Source: Flavobacteriales bacterium (GTDB lineage Bacteria; Bacteroidota; Bacteroidia; NS11-12g; UBA955). Taken from it: DNA of 64,000 nucleotides. Below are positions 1 through 8,877 of the stretch, in pieces; the first letter of the stretch is position 1, and each line of letters begins with the position of its first letter. The notes under the pieces are model-generated. The model had not been told where the DNA came from. It made no database searches and saw only the letters and a list, made by a program, of their open reading frames with translations. The stretch covers positions 10,623 to 74,622 of the forward strand of contig NSIM01000005.1 of the NCBI GenBank assembly GCA_002737705.1, written 5' to 3'. The translations under genes and the position numbers were made by a program.

Positions 1-47
1 TGCAATCATGAAAATTATTTGATTGGAATGTAGTGTTGTCCCCAAAT

Positions 48-782
48 TTACAAAGGTTTGAGGCAAATGTTATCGATCAAAATCTCGCCGTCGGCTTCCA
101 ATTGTAACAGAAATTGTTTAATCATGGAAGGGTCGGTTTTGAAGGATTCAAAGGGGAACATCGACATTGGAATGGATACTTCTGTCCAACTGCTATTGGA
201 AATGGGTGTAGCAATCAATTTTGATGAAAATCCCAACCAGCACTGAGCGCCAGTATAATCTTCAAAGGCGATGGCAAAGGGAAGGGAACGAAGTGTATCG
301 CCCGTACTCTTGAACTGAAAGGATAACCTTGCTGCATCGCGAAGTCCGCTAATGTCTTTGGGTTGCCAGTTGTCCCAGCCGATTCCCATGCCAATCCAAG
401 TGCATCCGCCACCGATTTTATCCCAAGTTAAACGGATATAATTGTTTCCTTTTTGGGCATCGCCGGATTCCTTTTTGATTTGAACGCATTTGGGTTCTTT
501 GGAAATCCATACTTGCTGACCCAAATCTTCGTCCATCAGTTGGAGCGCGTAAAATCCATTGATATTTGGACTTTCTGGGGCAGAGGACATATCGTATAGC
601 CCTTGCTTTTTGGCATATAGCCACTTTCCTTTTAGTAAAACCGTATCCATTTTTTGGATGTCGTTGCTATCCGTTTGCGCGAAACTACTGTTTGGAAACA
701 TCGCAAGGAAACCCCACATAATGATGAATGAAATCCGCGGATTTGTGGTGCAATGGGGAAAGGAAATTCTACAACGCATCAT
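48..782 (-). CDS. secreted carbohydrate-binding-like protein; terminal gene of the GH operon
   Basis: 244-aa ORF with a hydrophobic N-terminus ending SSFAQ. It is Trp/Gly-rich and beta-rich. It sits 3 nt after the stop of the upstream lipoprotein gene. The function is guessed from operon context. The real start may be the internal Met at 719. Confidence 0.4.
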   Translation of the reverse strand: MMRCRISFPHCTTNPRISFIIMWGFLAMFPNSSFAQTDSNDIQKMDTVLLKGKWLYAKKQGLYDMSSAPESPNINGFYALQLMDEDLGQQVWISKEPKCVQIKKESGDAQKGNNYIRLTWDKIGGGCTWIGMGIGWDNWQPKDISGLRDAARLSFQFKSTGDTLRSLPFAIAFEDYTGAQCWLGFSSKLIATPISNSSWTEVSIPMSMFPFESFKTDPSMIKQFLLQLEADGEILIDNICLKPL

Positions 783-784
783 CG

Positions 785-1789
785 TTATAACTCTAACGGA
801 CCTTTTTCAGTGAACATGATACAATCGATTTTTGTACTCGCCGCACCGTTCGATGGATTCGCTAAGTGCAACATGCTAACCATGACCAAAGAATTGGGAT
901 TATGTCGGCTATTGCCATTGTTGCTGGCAGGAACGCCATTCACGAGGTGAATCATATCGCTGTATTTAAACGAAACCAATTTCCAACCTTCCCATGTAAT
1001 ACGAAGCTCACTGTCGTATTGGTCGTCGTTGGCCGGATCAAACTTCCCATTGGCATTGTCGTCTTCGCGGAACTGAAATAACACTCTACTTTCATTGGTA
1101 TTGGGTTTCCCGTAAATCAGGCAATTGAAGTAAACGTCTTCGCCCACACTACTTAATGGATAGGTGGTTTTTCCATAGGCCGATGCTGGGAAATCAATCA
1201 TACCGATAAGCCAATCCCAGTTCACCGTTCCGGCCATATTCAGATAATTGCTACCTTCTACATTGAATTGATCGTTGTGAATTTTGAAATCCATGCCACC
1301 TCCGGTTTGAATAAACGTGGTCCATTTGGTGTTCATGCCTGACTCAAAGTTGGCAACCACAAAACCCGAAGGGTTGCGGAGTCCAGTTATCCCGATTGTG
1401 ACATTAAAAGTATCGGTTACACCTTTTACCAGCAAAGTCGCCACGCAGGGTTCGTTTTTGAACATTGGAAAAAGAGTGGTGCTGCCATTCCATGTCGCCG
1501 TTGACGCATCGATGATTCTACTTTTCCCGGTGATAAATTTTTGTGCACCAGAATTACTGCCTTTGATTCGGATGGTCCAATCGCAGAGTTTGGTGAACTT
1601 GGCGGTGAATCCTACAGTCTCCGATTTGGAAAAGTCTACTGAAGATTTGTTGGCTTGGAAGGGTTGTAACATGCCGAATTGACCGTTGAGATCGCTGAGG
1701 CTAGGCCCGTCGAAGGAACTGTTGTCTCGCTTACAGCTTGATGCGAGCAAGGTGGCGGCAATCACGAGGGTAAGAATTTGTTTTTTCAT
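785..1789 (-). CDS. surface lipoprotein; SusE/F-like glycan-binding candidate
   Basis: The signal peptide MKKQILTLVIAATLLASSC has a lipobox Cys. It lies 10 nt downstream of the beta-barrel gene stop, in the same operon. Confidence 0.45.
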   Translation of the reverse strand: MKKQILTLVIAATLLASSCKRDNSSFDGPSLSDLNGQFGMLQPFQANKSSVDFSKSETVGFTAKFTKLCDWTIRIKGSNSGAQKFITGKSRIIDASTATWNGSTTLFPMFKNEPCVATLLVKGVTDTFNVTIGITGLRNPSGFVVANFESGMNTKWTTFIQTGGGMDFKIHNDQFNVEGSNYLNMAGTVNWDWLIGMIDFPASAYGKTTYPLSSVGEDVYFNCLIYGKPNTNESRVLFQFREDDNANGKFDPANDDQYDSELRITWEGWKLVSFKYSDMIHLVNGVPASNNGNSRHNPNSLVMVSMLHLANPSNGAASTKIDCIMFTEKGPLEL

Positions 1790-1798
1790 CGCTAGGGA

Positions 1799-3529
1799 TT
1801 AAAAGGTCATGTTATAAACAACCATCCACTGGTTGATTTTGTAGTTGTTGAAGGCGTGAATTTTGTCTTGATAATTCGATTGTTGGTAAAGCGCAGCCAA
1901 GTAGGCTTTTTCACCAAATCGGAAGCGAATGCCCGCGGCAGAAACCGTTTGATTCAAATTGCCATTGTATTTGCTGAAATCGATGACTTCGGTAAAGCCG
2001 TTGCGATCCGATAACAAATCATTTCCCTTGCCCTGAAGCGCGGTGTAGCCAATCATCAAGTCCATGCTAGGCAGTAGTTCAAATTCGGCACCCATTCCGG
2101 TTTGGAAAGAGGTGAGGTCAACAGATTCGAAGGCGAATTGACCTGCTCTTTGTGTGTTTTGGTAGCAGGCGGAAGCCGATAATTTGGCAACGCGATCCCA
2201 ATGAAAGTATTTTCCAAGGTTGGCGCCCAGTTGAAGGCGGGTCATCATAAACGATTTCAGCGCTGAGGTGCCTTGTCCGCGAATTTCTTTGAGTTGATGG
2301 TGGCTAAATTCTGACTGAATCACCTCATTCTTACTGTTGTATTTTCCTTTAAGGTATAAACCCTGTCGGTTAAAAGTAGCCTGTCCGTATGGCAATACAT
2401 TGTTAATCAACGGATTGTAGGCCATGAGTTTTGGGTTGATGCCGGTGCGGTACAATAGGCTATTGCCCGTGATATCGCCAAAATTCAGCGGTCGATCTGC
2501 TTGGGTTTGCTTATATCGGTTAAAGAAATTGGATTGGGCATTGTAGTCGACGCGTTTGCTTTGCGCTCCTGGGCTGCGGAAATCAGGACCCACATTCAAA
2601 TATCCCAATTCAGCTTCCCATTGTTTGTTTTCTGGCGAAAGGGTAATGGTGGGATTCATGAAGTAATCGGTGAGTGTAGGCGCGGTTGTATCGATGGTAT
2701 AATGGTAACGTGAATTTCCAAATTCGCCTTGAAGTTGGGCATTGAGTTTCCCGATTTTGTTGTTGTATCGGAAGGTTATGGTATTGACGATATTACTAAA
2801 AACGTTGGTATCCAAAGCAGTTCCTTTCACATCAAACAGGGCAGCCAGATTATAGGCCAAACTCAAATGATTGCTTTGGATTAAATCAACGGTGGTTCCG
2901 CCAAACAATCGGTCTTGGACGTTGCCGAAATTGGTGGCGTTCATTCGTGTGAGGTAGGCGTTGACATTGAGTTCTTTGACAAATTTGATGAACTGTAAAC
3001 CCCAATCCAACGACAAGCCCTGTTGTCGCCAAGTATTTGATTTGTAGAAGGTTTCATAATTTACGATATCGCGCTGTAGCTGAAAAACACCCGGTTGGCC
3101 GATCAACTGATCCTCGTTGTGGTTATATAGGGTAAAGGGGGTTTGCTTTAGGTTGATATCGCCCAATTGGTATCGAACTACATCGGCGATGATGCCTTTT
3201 ACCCAAAGCTGACGTACGTCGAAAGACACTCCGGCACCATAAAATCCACCGTATTTGTTGTTGATGCGAATCATCCCTAGAATTTCAGTGTTTTTGTTGG
3301 GGCTGATGTTAAATCCTAAATCAACGAGAGCATAACCCGCCACTACTTTTTTTGCTGTGGTTTTGTCGGGTATGGTATCGTTCACTTGAATATCGGCATT
3401 GGAGATGATCGAACGTGCTCCGCCTGTGAATAGGACTTTAGGACCAGTTTGGCCTTGGGTGATGTTGGCGATCAGGGTTGCGACTAGGGCAGTGGAAAGG
3501 GTATATAATCGGTTCATGGATTGTTGCAT
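1799..3529 (-). CDS. outer-membrane beta-barrel protein; putative porin, possibly of the Bacteroidota-specific ~600-aa family
   Basis: 576 aa with an N-terminal signal peptide and alternating amphipathic beta-strand patterning. The C-terminus is ...YNMTF, and a terminal Phe is typical of outer-membrane barrels. There is no TonB plug and no lipobox. Its start overlaps the upstream gene's stop by 1 nt. Confidence 0.5.
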   Translation of the reverse strand: MQQSMNRLYTLSTALVATLIANITQGQTGPKVLFTGGARSIISNADIQVNDTIPDKTTAKKVVAGYALVDLGFNISPNKNTEILGMIRINNKYGGFYGAGVSFDVRQLWVKGIIADVVRYQLGDINLKQTPFTLYNHNEDQLIGQPGVFQLQRDIVNYETFYKSNTWRQQGLSLDWGLQFIKFVKELNVNAYLTRMNATNFGNVQDRLFGGTTVDLIQSNHLSLAYNLAALFDVKGTALDTNVFSNIVNTITFRYNNKIGKLNAQLQGEFGNSRYHYTIDTTAPTLTDYFMNPTITLSPENKQWEAELGYLNVGPDFRSPGAQSKRVDYNAQSNFFNRYKQTQADRPLNFGDITGNSLLYRTGINPKLMAYNPLINNVLPYGQATFNRQGLYLKGKYNSKNEVIQSEFSHHQLKEIRGQGTSALKSFMMTRLQLGANLGKYFHWDRVAKLSASACYQNTQRAGQFAFESVDLTSFQTGMGAEFELLPSMDLMIGYTALQGKGNDLLSDRNGFTEVIDFSKYNGNLNQTVSAAGIRFRFGEKAYLAALYQQSNYQDKIHAFNNYKINQWMVVYNMTF

Positions 3530-5394
3530 TAGAAGAAAATTTTGATTTCAACGGTGGTTTCCCAGCCTTTGTATTGGTCTTTGCTGAAGCTTCGGTCTTG
3601 GTAATTCATCCATCGCTGACGGATATAAAGGCCTGCGCCTTTACTCATTTCTATGTCAAAGCCGGTGGCCAAGCCCCATCCTTCCTGATTTCGAGGACGT
3701 CGGCTGATGGCATCTACTGTGGTGTTATAATTTGCGATGATTCGCTCCCAACCTACGTAATTGGCAAAGACAACTTTTGGAGAGAGATGGTAATAGGCTT
3801 CTAGCTGATGATAATAGGTTCTCAAATAGGCTTCTTCGGTGAATAAGGTAATTGCGGAACGCTTTTTTTGCACTGACGCGTAAGAGCCTAAGTAGGTGAT
3901 GAATAAATCTCTGTATGCAAGTCTGGTTTTGTATTTCGCATTCACTTCGATGTTGATGAAATACTTCTTATACAACGGAACACCAGTGGAGGTGCCGTCG
4001 GTAAGATTCACTGTTTCAAAGACGCCGCGATACACTTTTGTTAGATTTTGATACGGACCAACATTGGCCGGGAATCCCCATCGCCAAAAGCGAGATAGGG
4101 AGAGGTTGTTGACGGGGTGGGAGTAGGTGAGTTGGGAAGAGATATTTTCGATTTCGTTGGCGTTGGTATATCCGATGCTCGTTTTCAGTTTGCCGATTTC
4201 GAATTCTGTGTTTAATTCAATACCAGTTCTGTTGTTTGTGATTTGGCCTACAGGAACCATCGCACTAGAAAAAGGTACCAAAACGAGTTGGTCTGAGCTA
4301 CTAGAGCTGCTGACGTTGCCTTCGCGAATGGAAGAATTCCAGAATACGGATGAGTTATTCAAAACCCTTGGACTTACGCGGTAGTAACGAATTAAAAGGG
4401 GGATGCCTGTGGTGGTCTTGGGGAAGCTTAGTTTTAGGTCGATGGCTTCGCCCCATCCTTTGGCTAGGGTTGGACTGAAGTATCGTCCAGCACCCACCTC
4501 GCCGGAAATGGTTAATATGCGTTTTTTGATTTGGAATTCGGCAGTATGCATATTGAATCCAACCCCATGGGTAAGGAGGCTGTCTGAGTAGGTTTGGTTG
4601 TTAAACGTATTTAAACTGACATAATCGTTGCCAAATAATTTTTTCAATTTTCCGCCATAGGATTGATTAGGGAGGGGCGCCATTCCGCCGTTGAGCTGGG
4701 TTTTCCCAAACATAATAACCCCGGAAAGATTCTTGGGCATATCGTTGGCTTCAAGAATAATCCCTTGAAAGGCTTGACGTCCCCATCGGGTGTCTTGGTT
4801 TAGCGCGCCGTTGGTATAGAAGGTGTTATAGCGGTCGGCGACATTGCTTGTTTGGGGATCCCAAGGGTTTCTTTCGAAGATGGAATATCGATTGAAGCCG
4901 GGATTGGTATGGAAAGTAAATGGCGTGAGTGCGTACCAATTGATACCTCCCGCAATTACGTTGAGGCTTCCTTTTTGGAAATCATGGGTTCCAGTTAAGC
5001 TGACGCCCAAGTTTAGCCCTTTTATATTTTCCGCTTGACCAGCGCCGGTCATTGGGGTCCACAAATAAAAATCGGTTGAAAATCTTGTGCTAGGGGTGAT
5101 GCTTCCGCCCATGTTTAGCATGAGTTGTGGGATTTGAGCATCGTCGCCGACGAAAATGTGGGTTGGGGTTTTGGCTTGGTCAATATAGCTACCCCGGTTA
5201 AACATATCTTTCGAATTTTGCAGATATCGCACATTGGCAATAAAACGGTAGTAGCCTGAAATGGTAAATCTTTCCAACTTTTCCGGGGCTTGTTTTGGAT
5301 AAACGCCAAGAGGGTAAATTGTATTTGTGATTTGCGCCACAGCGTTTGTCGTGATAATTCCCCAAAATGCGATTGTAAGTAAATATCTTTTCAT
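3529..5394 (-). CDS. outer-membrane beta-barrel protein; putative porin, paralogous in architecture to the neighbour
   Basis: 621 aa with signal peptide MKRYLLTIAFWGIITTNAVAQ. The C-terminus is ...EIKIFF. No plug domain is present. It starts 5 nt after the GH stop. Confidence 0.5.
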   Translation of the reverse strand: MKRYLLTIAFWGIITTNAVAQITNTIYPLGVYPKQAPEKLERFTISGYYRFIANVRYLQNSKDMFNRGSYIDQAKTPTHIFVGDDAQIPQLMLNMGGSITPSTRFSTDFYLWTPMTGAGQAENIKGLNLGVSLTGTHDFQKGSLNVIAGGINWYALTPFTFHTNPGFNRYSIFERNPWDPQTSNVADRYNTFYTNGALNQDTRWGRQAFQGIILEANDMPKNLSGVIMFGKTQLNGGMAPLPNQSYGGKLKKLFGNDYVSLNTFNNQTYSDSLLTHGVGFNMHTAEFQIKKRILTISGEVGAGRYFSPTLAKGWGEAIDLKLSFPKTTTGIPLLIRYYRVSPRVLNNSSVFWNSSIREGNVSSSSSSDQLVLVPFSSAMVPVGQITNNRTGIELNTEFEIGKLKTSIGYTNANEIENISSQLTYSHPVNNLSLSRFWRWGFPANVGPYQNLTKVYRGVFETVNLTDGTSTGVPLYKKYFINIEVNAKYKTRLAYRDLFITYLGSYASVQKKRSAITLFTEEAYLRTYYHQLEAYYHLSPKVVFANYVGWERIIANYNTTVDAISRRPRNQEGWGLATGFDIEMSKGAGLYIRQRWMNYQDRSFSKDQYKGWETTVEIKIFF

Positions 5395-5398
5395 GGGC

Positions 5399-6748
5399 TT
5401 ATGGATTAAAACTGTCCATGGTGAATTTTTTTACGCGGACCGATTTGGGTTGGGTAGAGTTTGCGCTTGCATCGACATAAAAAGGGTAGTTGGCGTAAGC
5501 GATTTTGTTTTGATATTCGATATTTACAAACAGTCGGTAAGCCCCTTCTTCATTGGGCGCTTTGAACTGTATGCGTTTTGATTTGCCTTTTTTGATCAGA
5601 CCCGGAATTTCGGTGGCCTCGTTTTCTGCATCACCCCCGGCTTTTTTGTCGTTGCTTTCGGCCAAAATTTTCCAACTACAATGCACATTATGAGTGTCGT
5701 TGGGGGTTTGATTGTATTGAATCAAATAGGCATCGGCGAAGGCTTGGTTGATCGAATTCGCGGGCACATGAAGTCCGCTATAAGCGTTTTTCCCGTTGAC
5801 GAGCAGATTCGTAATGCTGGGAGTTGATGTCGTTGGGCTCTGACTGCTCCAAGCAATTTGCAGCGCATCAATGGCTTGCGTGGGCTTGCCATCTTTGGTG
5901 AAAAGGCCATACCAGGTAAGTGTATATTCCTGTTTTTGTCCCCATAAAAACACATACGACCCTATGCAATCTTGGGGATTTGCTGCTATATAGTTTGTGT
6001 ATCTTTTATTGTAGACTTCTGCTTTTTCGAGGCTACTTTGTTCAATGGCAGCGCCCCATGGCGTAGTGGGTGATTCCCAGTGACCATTGGGTCCCCATTC
6101 GGTGATCATGTATGGTCCTGTCCACCCCCATTTCCTGATATTGTAGGGTACGTTGCCGATATCGCCGTAAGTGTTCACGCAGTATACATCGATGTCTGGG
6201 GCTTTTTGTTTGATGAGCGCCACTTCCATCGAGTCCAAGCCGGCAGTTACCGTAGAGGTTGGGTGGTTGGGGTCTACTTGATGCGCATATTTTGCGATGT
6301 CTTGAATTGCATCCCAAACGCGGGTATTGGAATAAAACAGATCGACTTCATTTCCGATGCCCCACATGAGCAAAGCGGGGTGATTTTTGAATCGATCGAT
6401 AACGCTTTTGAAATGATTGAGTTGCTTTTCTACTTTGGCTTTGTTGCTATAATCAAATCCATGTCGTTCGTGCTGAAGCCACATTCCCAGCATCACAGTG
6501 AGTCCGTGTTTTTGCGCATTGTCGAGGATGGTTTGGGCATCGTCGATTCCCCATGTTCTGATGGAATTTCCTCCAATATTCACGACGACGTCTAGGTGGG
6601 TATCGCCACCGGCGCCTTTGACGTAGTAGATTTTCCCATCGCGCAGCATTTCCCAACCTGTAGGGGTTTGGCGCACCTCGACTTTTACAGCTTGGGCGCT
6701 AGATAGATTGAAAAAAATTAGGGAAAGGAGGGTAAGAAAGTACTTCAA
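5399..6748 (-). CDS. secreted clan GH-A (TIM-barrel) glycoside hydrolase; family undetermined (GH2-TIM, GH5 or GH53-like)
   Basis: Signal peptide present. Motifs: GGNSIRTWG (beta-1 Arg), LMWGIGNEVD (acid/base Glu in an NE motif), and MITEWGP (nucleophile Glu about 80 residues later). A C-terminal ~100-aa extra domain follows. Confidence 0.7.
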   Translation of the reverse strand: MKYFLTLLSLIFFNLSSAQAVKVEVRQTPTGWEMLRDGKIYYVKGAGGDTHLDVVVNIGGNSIRTWGIDDAQTILDNAQKHGLTVMLGMWLQHERHGFDYSNKAKVEKQLNHFKSVIDRFKNHPALLMWGIGNEVDLFYSNTRVWDAIQDIAKYAHQVDPNHPTSTVTAGLDSMEVALIKQKAPDIDVYCVNTYGDIGNVPYNIRKWGWTGPYMITEWGPNGHWESPTTPWGAAIEQSSLEKAEVYNKRYTNYIAANPQDCIGSYVFLWGQKQEYTLTWYGLFTKDGKPTQAIDALQIAWSSQSPTTSTPSITNLLVNGKNAYSGLHVPANSINQAFADAYLIQYNQTPNDTHNVHCSWKILAESNDKKAGGDAENEATEIPGLIKKGKSKRIQFKAPNEEGAYRLFVNIEYQNKIAYANYPFYVDASANSTQPKSVRVKKFTMDSFNP

Positions 6749-6758
6749 GTGTTAAAAA

Positions 6759-7451
6759 TTAAAGGTCAAATGCGAAGTAGCTGCTGGAAAGTTTGCTATA
6801 CTTTTTCGCGTTGTACTTGAACAATTTTGCGGGTCTGTGGGTGACACTGGATTGTTTTAGTCCGGTGTCTGTAATGAAATCCATGGAAAGGATTTTTTTT
6901 CTAAAGTTTCTGACGTCGAATACAGTTTCTAGTATCGATTCGTAGAGCTTTTGTAATTCGGTGAGCGTAAAGTATTTTGGCAGCAGCTCGAAGCCAATGG
7001 GCTGACGACGGATTTTGGCTTTCAGCTGGTCTTTGGCAAAAAGGAGAATTTCATTGTGGTCGAATGGCAAGTCTGGAATTTCGGAGATGGGAAACCAGGC
7101 GGCTTCTTCAGCCCATGAGGATGGGTGAATGTTATAATCTTCAATTTTAATCAAAGCAAAATAGGCAACGGTAAAAACGCGGCCAAATGGATGTCGATCT
7201 ACCTTCCCAAACGTATGAATTTGCTCCATGTAAATTTTATCCAATCCGGTGAGATCTTGCAGTACTTTTTCGGCAGACGAGGACAAGTCGTTGTCTAAAC
7301 TGATTAAATCACCAGGAAGTGCCCAACAGTTCCTGTAGGGGTCGGCACCGCGATAAATGAGCAATACTTTAAGTCCCGATTGGTCGAACCCAAAGACTAC
7401 GTTATCTACGGAGACAGCCGCTTTAAAAAAGGGAATAAGTTTTGGATCCAT
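6759..7451 (-). CDS. NrtR/AraR-family transcriptional regulator (Nudix-like domain plus C-terminal winged HTH)
   Basis: 230 aa. It shares a Nudix-like fold pattern and the C-terminal motifs (DHNEIL, LQKLYESILE, DVRNFRKK) with the paralog at 20199..20969. It lies 10 nt upstream of the GH gene on the same strand. Confidence 0.65.
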   Translation of the reverse strand: MDPKLIPFFKAAVSVDNVVFGFDQSGLKVLLIYRGADPYRNCWALPGDLISLDNDLSSSAEKVLQDLTGLDKIYMEQIHTFGKVDRHPFGRVFTVAYFALIKIEDYNIHPSSWAEEAAWFPISEIPDLPFDHNEILLFAKDQLKAKIRRQPIGFELLPKYFTLTELQKLYESILETVFDVRNFRKKILSMDFITDTGLKQSSVTHRPAKLFKYNAKKYSKLSSSYFAFDL

Positions 7452-7544
7452 GGGATATTTCGCAATGTCCTAGGCGAATATATTGTAAAATATACAATAA
7501 TACAAATGCGAACTCTGAATGGAGGATTTTTTACTTATTTATGG

Positions 7545-7578
7545 GCCAAAGTTCAACCAATTTCGGTTGAACTTTGGC
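7545..7578. promoter_or_regulatory. perfect 14-bp inverted repeat with a 6-nt spacer; operator or RNA hairpin candidate
   Basis: GCCAAAGTTCAACC aatttc GGTTGAACTTTGGC. It is about 95 nt 5' of the NrtR-like start on the minus strand. No U-tract follows on either strand, so it is not a classical intrinsic terminator. Confidence 0.4.
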
Positions 7579-7782
7579 GGAGATGTGAATACAGCTGAGC
7601 ATCGTAGACTAAATTAGTAAAAAACTAAGTTAGTACTATTGATATGGAAAAAACAAAAGAAATCATTGATTATTTAAAATTTTCAAACAAATTAAGGGTT
7701 TTGCGCTGTTTGTTTATTCGCAGCTTGCTCAAATTCAGGACAAACGGAGCAAATAGCATCAACCGACGACAGTGTCGCCTGG

Positions 7783-7845
7783 GAAGAAACAACTGAAACA
7801 GTTGATGATCCAGAAGAAACAACCATTGAAACAGTTGATGATCCA
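7783..7845 (+). repeat. imperfect tandem duplication (30 + 33 bp) encoding acidic EETTETVDDP / EETTIETVDDP units
   Basis: gaagaaacaac-tgaaacagttgatgatcca is repeated with a 3-bp insertion. It lies in a start-less reading frame that begins with a lipobox-like LFAACSNSG. Confidence 0.5.
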
Positions 7846-8137
7846 GGTTCGGACATTTCAACCGCTACTGCAAATGGGGGTATTGTAGTCTAAATCTGAT
7901 GTTTTTTCAATAATTGGCTGACTTTCCTTTGAAAGCAAGACTAGCACTATGTAAGTTCAAAAAAAACTGAGTAATCAGTTTTAATAAAAAACTGGCGGCA
8001 TAGATACAAATTCAATGATGCAATGTTTACTTTGTTCAAACCTGAAGTTGAAGCAAAAGTGACCTTGGCGTTCCGAAATGATAAAGGCATAATGCATATT
8101 CCTGAAGATACAATGAGTTAATCAATATGCCGACTAT

Positions 8138-8452
8138 TTGATTATTTTTGAAGATAACAATGCAATGATACTGACTGCAAGAATCACCAAACCTCCGCAA
8201 AATGATTCAAGAATTCATGGTGGAGATTCAGACTCGTTTTTAGCATGTTCTATTATTTTCAAGTACAACAAGTATCCTGTGGAAGGCCGAAAATTTGGCA
8301 CTCAAGGAATTTATTGGGAAATTGATGGTTTAGGATTCGTCATTACATCAAACGAAAGTGAAACAGTTTTTTCTAATTCAGAATTGAATACATATACTAT
8401 TTCCAATAATTTCGCCATGTGGCATGCCGCAGGTATTGCACTATTTAACTAA
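8138..8452 (+). CDS. hypothetical protein
   Basis: 104-aa ORF in an otherwise gene-poor interval next to a transposase remnant. No recognisable motifs. Confidence 0.3.
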   Translation: MIIFEDNNAMILTARITKPPQNDSRIHGGDSDSFLACSIIFKYNKYPVEGRKFGTQGIYWEIDGLGFVITSNESETVFSNSELNTYTISNNFAMWHAAGIALFN

Positions 8453-8510
8453 GAACTTACTAATGGCAAAGAAAAATAAAGAAGACACCATTAAGCCTAT
8501 TGAATTGATA

Positions 8511-8699
8511 TTATGGGATGCAGCCAATAAAGTATGAGGCAGCGTCGAACCAGCGCATCAACCCTTTCTCTCCAAGCTGGTCAAACTCATTTTTCCATTT
8601 ATAAAACGCACTCTTTTTTACCCCAAAAAATTCACACGCCACATTGTTTTTACCACGCTCTTTGGCATAGTGTAATACCCTTAAGTAGTTTGTAGGCAT
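8511..8699 (-). mobile_element. truncated transposase N-terminus (HTH / leucine-zipper region, IS481 or IS3-like); pseudogene remnant
   Basis: 62 aa, ...RVLHYAKERGKNNVACEFFGVKKSAFYKWKNEFDQLGEKGL..., resembles the N-terminal HTH of IS transposases. It stops after 62 codons. There is no catalytic domain and no terminal inverted repeats. Confidence 0.5.
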
Positions 8700-8877
8700 C
8701 CCCAGAATTTCGGATTTGCGGTAGTTCGGTTTCTTTGTGCGGGTAACTGATGGATAGTTCCCGTAATTCGAGTAATTGCTTGTCTTTCATCCAAGAGAAA
8801 AGAGAAAAATCCCACAGCATAAGCCATGGGATAATTCTACACTTTTTTTATAAGACGATTTTTTACATGTTTAGCAA

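Noticed and set aside
6080-6595. 171-aa plus-strand ORF
   Set aside because: It is antisense to the conserved core of the glycoside hydrolase, whose motifs are unambiguous.
7480-7498. TATTGTA-n5-TACAATA inverted repeat 30 nt upstream of the NrtR-like start
   Set aside because: The arms are only 7 bp in very AT-rich DNA, which is expected by chance. I kept only the 14-bp perfect repeat.
7670-7861. 63-aa minus-strand ORF with a repeated DHQLFQ
   Set aside because: It is the antisense reading of the acidic tandem repeat. It has no signal or context on the minus strand, so the repeat is better explained on the plus strand.
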